Below are positions 58,649-64,000 of a DNA stretch of 64,000 bases, piece by piece. A model generated the notes under the pieces. It saw nothing but the letters and a program-made list of their open reading frames with translations. It made no database searches and was not told the DNA's origin. The stretch spans positions 32,001 through 96,000 of the forward strand of contig JBFJCP010000003.1 in assembly GCA_041615815.1 (NCBI GenBank). The letters run 5' to 3'. The stretch's first letter is position 1. Each line of letters begins with the position of its first letter. The DNA is from Gemmatimonadales bacterium (lineage in GTDB: Bacteria > Gemmatimonadota > Gemmatimonadetes > Gemmatimonadales > GWC2-71-9). The position numbers and the translations under genes were made by a program.

Positions 58649-59880
58649 CGCAGCTGTTCGAGGGTGTAGGAATCGCGCTCGATTCGCTGCGTGCCAACAA
58701 GGTGCGAGCGGCCCTGACCATCGTCGGCGTGGCTATCGGCGTCATGGTGGTCATGGTGATTGGGTCGATGATCTCGGGGATCAACCGCGGCGTGGAGGAC
58801 ATCTTCAACCAGCTGGGGCCCCGCACGTTCTTCGTGTTTCGGTTCTTCCAAGGCGGGGTGGTCGTATCCGACGGAACGGACGAGACGAGCCCATGGCGTC
58901 GGAACCCGCCACTCACCATCGATGAGGCCGCACGCCTCGTCGAGCTGTCCAGCATCGCCGCGGTGGTGGTGGACGAGCAGTCCAGCACCGAAGTGCAATT
59001 CGCCAACAACGAGCTCGATAACGTCACGGTCCTCGGGCGCGGACCCCGGTGGCTCGAAGTCTCCGGTGGTGACGTCTTCCCAGGCCGCTCGTTCACCAAT
59101 CTGGAGTTCCAGGCGCGCACTCGGGTCGTCGTGATCAATGACAAGATGGCTGAAGAGCTGTTCGCCTTGCGAGATCCGCTTGGGCAACGGATCACGATTG
59201 CTGGTGTACCGTACGAAGTCATCGGTGTCTACACCCCACCCCCCGACATCTTTGGCTCGGGAAATCGACCCCAAGCCCTCCTGCCCCACAGCACGTTTCA
59301 AAAACACGTGCCCCACTTCCGGGGATGGATGAACTTCCTGGTGCTCCCAGCGGGCGACGTTGCTGTGCAGGACGCCATCGATGATGCCACGGCGGTGCTC
59401 CGGGGGATGCGGGGACTCCGGCCTGCAGAAGAGAACACGTTCTCCATCGTGACGCAGGACAAGCTCCTCGAAAACTGGAACCAAGTCACCGGCATTTTCT
59501 TCTTCGTGATGATCATCCTGTCCAGCGTCGGTCTCATGGTCGGGGGCGTGGGCGTCGTCGCCATCATGATGATCTCGGTGACCGAGCGCACGCGGGAGAT
59601 CGGGATCCGCAAGGCCCTCGGCGCCAAACGGCGCGAGATCCTGTGGCAGTTCCTCGTGGAAGCAGCCACCCTCACAGCCCTCGGTGGCATCATCGGTATG
59701 GCCTTGGGTGGGCTGGCCAGCACGATCGTCAGGGCGGCGACTCCCCTCCCGGCCAATGTCCCCATGGCATCCATCGTGGCCGCACTCGGCGTGTCCGTCC
59801 TCACCGGGGTGGCCTTCGGTCTCTACCCTGCCGCCAAGGCGGCGCGGCTCGATCCGGTAGAGGCGTTGCGATATGAGTAG
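58645..59880 (+). CDS. MacB/FtsX-type ABC permease 2
   Basis: [30 protein letters not shown]-terminus LDPVEALRYE. Confidence 0.93.
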   Translation: MTQLFEGVGIALDSLRANKVRAALTIVGVAIGVMVVMVIGSMISGINRGVEDIFNQLGPRTFFVFRFFQGGVVVSDGTDETSPWRRNPPLTIDEAARLVELSSIAAVVVDEQSSTEVQFANNELDNVTVLGRGPRWLEVSGGDVFPGRSFTNLEFQARTRVVVINDKMAEELFALRDPLGQRITIAGVPYEVIGVYTPPPDIFGSGNRPQALLPHSTFQKHVPHFRGWMNFLVLPAGDVAVQDAIDDATAVLRGMRGLRPAEENTFSIVTQDKLLENWNQVTGIFFFVMIILSSVGLMVGGVGVVAIMMISVTERTREIGIRKALGAKRREILWQFLVEAATLTALGGIIGMALGGLASTIVRAATPLPANVPMASIVAALGVSVLTGVAFGLYPAAKAARLDPVEALRYE

Positions 59881-60032
59881 AGGGGGCCGAAGGGGCAAAG
59901 GGAGCAGAAGCACGGGACGATAGACCAGTCCGCCGCCTCGTCTACCTCTGCTGGCTCCCCTCCACTGACCCCAACCACCCATTCACCGAAGCGGCGCTTT
60001 GGTCTCCCGGTCCGCTGCCGTAACTTTTCCCC

Positions 60033-61277
60033 ATGCCAGTCCGCGAAGGTCTCCGTCTCGCGCTGCAGGCGATCTTCAGCCATCGGCTACGGTCGTCGTT
60101 CACGATCCTTGGCATCCTCGTCTCCGTCGCGTTCCTCGTGACGGTCGTCGCGGTGATCCAGGGGATGAACGCTTACGTCCAGGAACGGCTGGCCGGCGCC
60201 ATCGTTGGCACTAACGCTTTTCAGGTCCGTCGCACGCCGATCGCCGTGGGGCAGATCGACGACGAGGAATGGCGACAGATTCAACAGCGGCCCCGCATCA
60301 ACCAGCGCGACTACGAGTTTGTGCAGCGGGCACTCCAGGACGCCAGAGCGGTCGCCCTCCAGTCGGGGTGGCCCACCCCGCAAACCGACGTGCACTGGCG
60401 CAATCGAACGGTGGGCGACGTCCTCGCGTTCGGCATTACGGCACCGTATCAAGTCGTGCAGGATTACGCCTTTGCTGCGGGGGAGCCGCTCACCGACATC
60501 GACATTCGGGAGCGCCGGTATCTCGTGGTGCTGGGATGGGACGTCGCCGATAAGCTGTTTGGCGAGCCTGCCATGGCCATCGACCAGCGCATCCGCCTGG
60601 GGCGGATGCCACTGACGGTCAAAGGCGTGACCGCCAAGAAAGGCACGATCCTGGGGCAGTCGTGGGATGGCTTCGTCATGCTGCCCCTCACGACCTTCGA
60701 GAGCATCTACGGGAGGCGCCAGACTCTCACCATCTCCGTGAAGATGCCCACACCGCAGGCATTGCCAGACGCGATGTCGCGCGCCGAAGAAGCGATGCGC
60801 GTGGCGAGGCGCCTCCGGCCCTCGGATCCCAACGACTTCGTGGTGGACAAAGCGGATGCCCTCGTCACGTTTTGGGCCAATCTCACTGGCGTGCTCTTCG
60901 CCATCATCCCCGCGGTCGTGGGCATCGGGCTCATCGTCGGCGGCATCGTGATCATGAACATCATGCTCATGTCCGTTCGTGAACGAACCCGAGAAATCGG
61001 AATCCGAAAGTCCCTCGGTGCCCGGCGCATCGACATCCGCCGCCAGTTCCTGGCTGAAGCGGTCACCCTCGCCAGCCTCGGTGGACTCATCGGCATCCTC
61101 GCGGGCTGGGGGCTGGCGCTCCTCGTGGCGACCGCCACACCGCTTCCCGCCCGGGTCACACTCTGGTCGGTCGCGATCGCCCTGGCGCTCGGCGCGACCA
61201 TCGGCGTCATCTTTGGCGTCTATCCCGCGCACCGGGCCGCCAAACTCGACCCAATCGTCGCCCTGCGCTACGAATGA
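60033..61277 (+). CDS. MacB/FtsX-type ABC permease 3
   Basis: [30 protein letters not shown]-terminus [10 protein letters not shown]. Confidence 0.93.
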   Translation: MPVREGLRLALQAIFSHRLRSSFTILGILVSVAFLVTVVAVIQGMNAYVQERLAGAIVGTNAFQVRRTPIAVGQIDDEEWRQIQQRPRINQRDYEFVQRALQDARAVALQSGWPTPQTDVHWRNRTVGDVLAFGITAPYQVVQDYAFAAGEPLTDIDIRERRYLVVLGWDVADKLFGEPAMAIDQRIRLGRMPLTVKGVTAKKGTILGQSWDGFVMLPLTTFESIYGRRQTLTISVKMPTPQALPDAMSRAEEAMRVARRLRPSDPNDFVVDKADALVTFWANLTGVLFAIIPAVVGIGLIVGGIVIMNIMLMSVRERTREIGIRKSLGARRIDIRRQFLAEAVTLASLGGLIGILAGWGLALLVATATPLPARVTLWSVAIALALGATIGVIFGVYPAHRAAKLDPIVALRYE

Positions 61278-62515
61278 AGCTGCATACGGTTTCCGAGGGA
61301 GCAGGCATCGCCTTGGGTGCCATCCGCGACAATAAGCTGCGGTCGGCCCTGACGATCCTGGGCGTGGTCATTGGCGTATCGACCGTGATGGCCATGGCCT
61401 CCATCGTGAGCGGGCTTCGCCATCAGATCATCAATACCCTCGAAGTCGCCGGCCCGACCACGTTCTACGTGGTGCGGTTCTTCTCACAAACCCCACTCAA
61501 CCCGGACGCGTTGCCGCGAGAAGTCCGCATCCGGCCTGTCCTGAAACGCGAAGAGGCTGACGTCATTGGACGCCTGCCGGAGGTTTCGTACAGCGGGATC
61601 TGGATTCAGATGCTCCAGAAACTGGAGTACGGTGGTGTGAGTACGCAGCTGGCCACCATTTACGCCGCGGATGATCGCTACATGGAGATCGGCGGCGGCA
61701 CGCTTCCGCGTGGACGCTTCTTTAGTGTGAGCGAGGTGCGCGGCGGTGACCCGGTGGTGGTGCTCGAAGAAAACTTTGCGCAGCGGTTGTTTGGGCGCGC
61801 CGATCCCCTGGGACGGGACGTCCGCATCGGCGGTCGGCCGCTCCGGGTCATCGGAATCTACCGTACGCCCGAGAACATCTTTCAACCGCCAAGTCAGGAG
61901 ATCGCCGCCATCATACCCTTTGAGACTGGTGACAAATACTTTCGGTACGACGAAACCAACGCACTGTGGATCGCCGTCAAGCCTCACGCCGGCGTGACGG
62001 TGAATGCCGCACAAGATGCCGTGACCATCGCCCTCCGCCGTGCCCGGGGGCTCCGACCCGGCGATCCGAACACGTTCGACATGATCACCCAGGATCAGAT
62101 CCTCGACATCTTCAACCAGCTCACCTCGGTGTTCTTCTTGGTCATGATCGCCCTGTCGAGCGTGGCGCTCATGGTGGGCGGCATCGGGGTGATGGGCATC
62201 ATGATGGTCTCGGTCACCGACCGCACACGAGAGATCGGCGTGCGCAAGGCCCTGGGAGCCACTCGCAAAGAGATTCTGTGGCAGTTCCTGGTGGAAGCCG
62301 CAACGCTGACATTGGTGGGCGGCGGGATCGGAGTCCTCCTGGGTCTCACCGCCGGCGAGGGGCTCAAGAGCGCCCTCGGCTTCGAGAGCGGCGTGCCCAT
62401 GTGGAGCGCGGCCATCGCCGTGGCGGTCTCGATCATCATCGGACTCGTCTTTGGGCTCCTCCCCGCGAGCCGCGCCGCTCGGCTGGACCCGATCGCGGCC
62501 TTGCGGTACGAGTGA
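61274..62515 (+). CDS. MacB/FtsX-type ABC permease 4
   Basis: [30 protein letters not shown]-terminus [10 protein letters not shown]. Confidence 0.93.
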   Translation: MKLHTVSEGAGIALGAIRDNKLRSALTILGVVIGVSTVMAMASIVSGLRHQIINTLEVAGPTTFYVVRFFSQTPLNPDALPREVRIRPVLKREEADVIGRLPEVSYSGIWIQMLQKLEYGGVSTQLATIYAADDRYMEIGGGTLPRGRFFSVSEVRGGDPVVVLEENFAQRLFGRADPLGRDVRIGGRPLRVIGIYRTPENIFQPPSQEIAAIIPFETGDKYFRYDETNALWIAVKPHAGVTVNAAQDAVTIALRRARGLRPGDPNTFDMITQDQILDIFNQLTSVFFLVMIALSSVALMVGGIGVMGIMMVSVTDRTREIGVRKALGATRKEILWQFLVEAATLTLVGGGIGVLLGLTAGEGLKSALGFESGVPMWSAAIAVAVSIIIGLVFGLLPASRAARLDPIAALRYE

Positions 62516-62551
62516 GACAGGGAGCCGGTTGCCCGTATATCTTCCTTCCCC

Positions 62552-63274
62552 ATGATCACGACCGTCGATCTGCTCGCCATCGCCGCGCATCCCGATGACG
62601 TGGAGCTCACGTGTGGCGGCACGCTCCTCAAAGCCGCCCGGGCCGGCTACCACACGGGGATCATCGACCTCACGCGGGGTGAGACTGGGACCCGGGGATC
62701 TCCCGAGCGACGAGCACAAGAAGCCGCGGACGCCGCGAAAATCTTGGGGGTGAGGCGCCGTGAGAACGCGGAGCTTCCCGATGCCCATCTCCACAATACG
62801 GATGCCACGCGTCGAGTGGTCGTGGAGCTGCTTCGATCGTTCAGACCCAAAGTGGTGATTCTCCCGTTCCCAGTGGGACGACACCCCGATCACCGAGAGG
62901 CCTCCGAGGTCGGACGGGACGCCTGCTACCTCGCCGGGCTCGAGAAATACGACGCGGAGGGCGAGCCGCACCGACCCACGAAGATCCTCTACGCGTTGGC
63001 CTACCGCGAGGACCCCGTGAAGCCGAGTTTCGTCGTCGACATCTCTGACGAATTCGACGACAAGCTCTCGGCCATCCGCTGCTACGCCTCGCAGTTCGAC
63101 GGCGCCAAGGCCGCCGGTGAGATCTTCCCCACCGGCCAAGACCTCTACGACCTGGTCCGAGTACAGAACGCCCACTATGGCAGCCTCATACGCACTCGGT
63201 TCGGCGAGCCCTTCCTGACATTCGAAACGGTTCGGGTGGATGACGTCGTGGCCATGGGGGTTCACAGTATGTGA
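62552..63274 (+). CDS. bshB1: Bacillithiol biosynthesis deacetylase (PIG-L family)
   Basis: AHPDDVEL.CGGT, DLTRGETGTRG, RHPDH, VVDIS, KL.AI.CY.SQF, GSLI...FGEPF. Confidence 0.85.
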   Translation: MITTVDLLAIAAHPDDVELTCGGTLLKAARAGYHTGIIDLTRGETGTRGSPERRAQEAADAAKILGVRRRENAELPDAHLHNTDATRRVVVELLRSFRPKVVILPFPVGRHPDHREASEVGRDACYLAGLEKYDAEGEPHRPTKILYALAYREDPVKPSFVVDISDEFDDKLSAIRCYASQFDGAKAAGEIFPTGQDLYDLVRVQNAHYGSLIRTRFGEPFLTFETVRVDDVVAMGVHSM

Positions 63275-63358
63275 GGACAGGGGAGCAGGAATCGGGAGGC
63301 GGTCTCAGAGCGATCTGGGGTGGCGGGGGGAAGAAGGGGGCCACGGGGCCACGACCGC

Positions 63359-63385
63359 GCCCCGCTCCCCGCTCCCCGCTCCCCC
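63359..63385. repeat. Heptamer tandem repeat (CCCCGCT) x3+
   Basis: gccccgctccccgctccccgctccccc in the bshB1-desulfurase gap, preceded by (GGGGCCAC)x2. Confidence 0.7.
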
Positions 63386-63404
63386 TCAGTACTTTTCACA
63401 CATC

Positions 63405-64000
63405 ATGACCACGGAATACGTCTACCTCGACAACGCCGCGACGACGCCGATCAAGCCGCAGGTGCGGAAGGCGATGCTTCCCTACCTCACGGAGGAGGCG
63501 TTTGGCAATCCCAGCTCGGCGCACCGGGTGGGGCGACGTGCCCGGAGTGGGCTGGAGCGGGCACGCCGCAGCGTCGCCCATGCCCTGGGCGCCGAGCCTC
63601 GGGACGTTTATTTCACCTCCGGTGGCACCGAGGCGGACAACCTCGCCGTTATCGGGACCGCGCTCGCCTCCAAGGCTCGCGGTGGGCCGTTCCGGGTGGC
63701 CGTGAGCGGCTTGGAGCACAAGGCGGTGCTCGACGCCGCCCACGCCGTGGAAGGATTGGGCGGCGAAGCCGTCGTCCTCCCCGTCGACCGCGGAGGCCGG
63801 GTGGACCTGACTGCCCTGGACGCTGCCCTGGCGCGTGGACTCGCAGTTGTGAGTGTCATGTGGGTCAACAACGAGACGGGACTGATCCCGAACGCCGCGG
63901 ATGTCGCGAGGCGATGCGAGGCGGCGGCCGTGCCATTCCATACGGATGCGGTCCAAGCAGTGGGCAAAGTGCCTTGCAACGTCACCCTGATGCCCATTTC
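63405..64000 (+). CDS. iscS: Cysteine desulfurase, IscS/NifS type (partial; runs off the window)
   Basis: Manual translation: YLDNAATTP, FGNPSS.H, FTSGGTEADN, LEHKAV, VSVMWVNNETG, FHTDAVQAVGK. Confidence 0.92.
   Translation, partial: MTTEYVYLDNAATTPIKPQVRKAMLPYLTEEAFGNPSSAHRVGRRARSGLERARRSVAHALGAEPRDVYFTSGGTEADNLAVIGTALASKARGGPFRVAVSGLEHKAVLDAAHAVEGLGGEAVVLPVDRGGRVDLTALDAALARGLAVVSVMWVNNETGLIPNAADVARRCEAAAVPFHTDAVQAVGKVPCNVTLMPI

Noticed and set aside
57404..62515. Repeated nucleotide blocks (GAGCGCAC.CG.GA.ATCGG.ATCCG.AAG) as a repeat array or CRISPR
   Set aside because: They are the conserved [10 protein letters not shown] coding motif of paralogous permeases, not spacer-separated repeats.

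Overview
High-GC, gene-dense bacterial chromosomal window with about 60 CDS. I found no rRNA, tRNA, CRISPR array, transposase or integrase. Gene content suggests an FCB-superphylum organism, most likely Gemmatimonadota (inference): a short Bacteroidota-like sigma70, bshB1, a YlbF-family gene, a CarboxypepD_reg-plug protein and a stand-alone BTAD protein. Most genes are housekeeping: rpmE-prfA-prmC-ylbF-tmk, rimO-hemL-spoIID...lnt-hydantoinase A/B, larE-thpR-ntrX, comM, dut, ppa, otsA, hpt, msrPQ, a TolC/MacAB-type exporter with four permeases, bshB1 and a cysteine desulfurase. The best candidate for an undescribed system is 3.3-10.0 kb. It is one co-directional run behind a near-consensus sigma70 promoter, encoding a Crp-type cNMP receptor, an MBL-fold putative phosphodiesterase, a secreted CsgG/TolB-N-like TPR protein, an MlaE-MlaF-MlaD (MCE) transporter and a GAF-HD-GYP phosphodiesterase. 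The MlaF-like ATPase has lost every catalytic motif while its frame stays intact. Other signals: a second cNMP-binding protein translationally coupled to a calcineurin-like phosphoesterase; TAnnnT boxes 6-9 nt before nine start codons (probable leaderless mRNAs); an ECF-type promoter before the exporter; and GGCAG-rich intergenic hairpins. All functional calls come from motif recognition by eye; no database searches were run.
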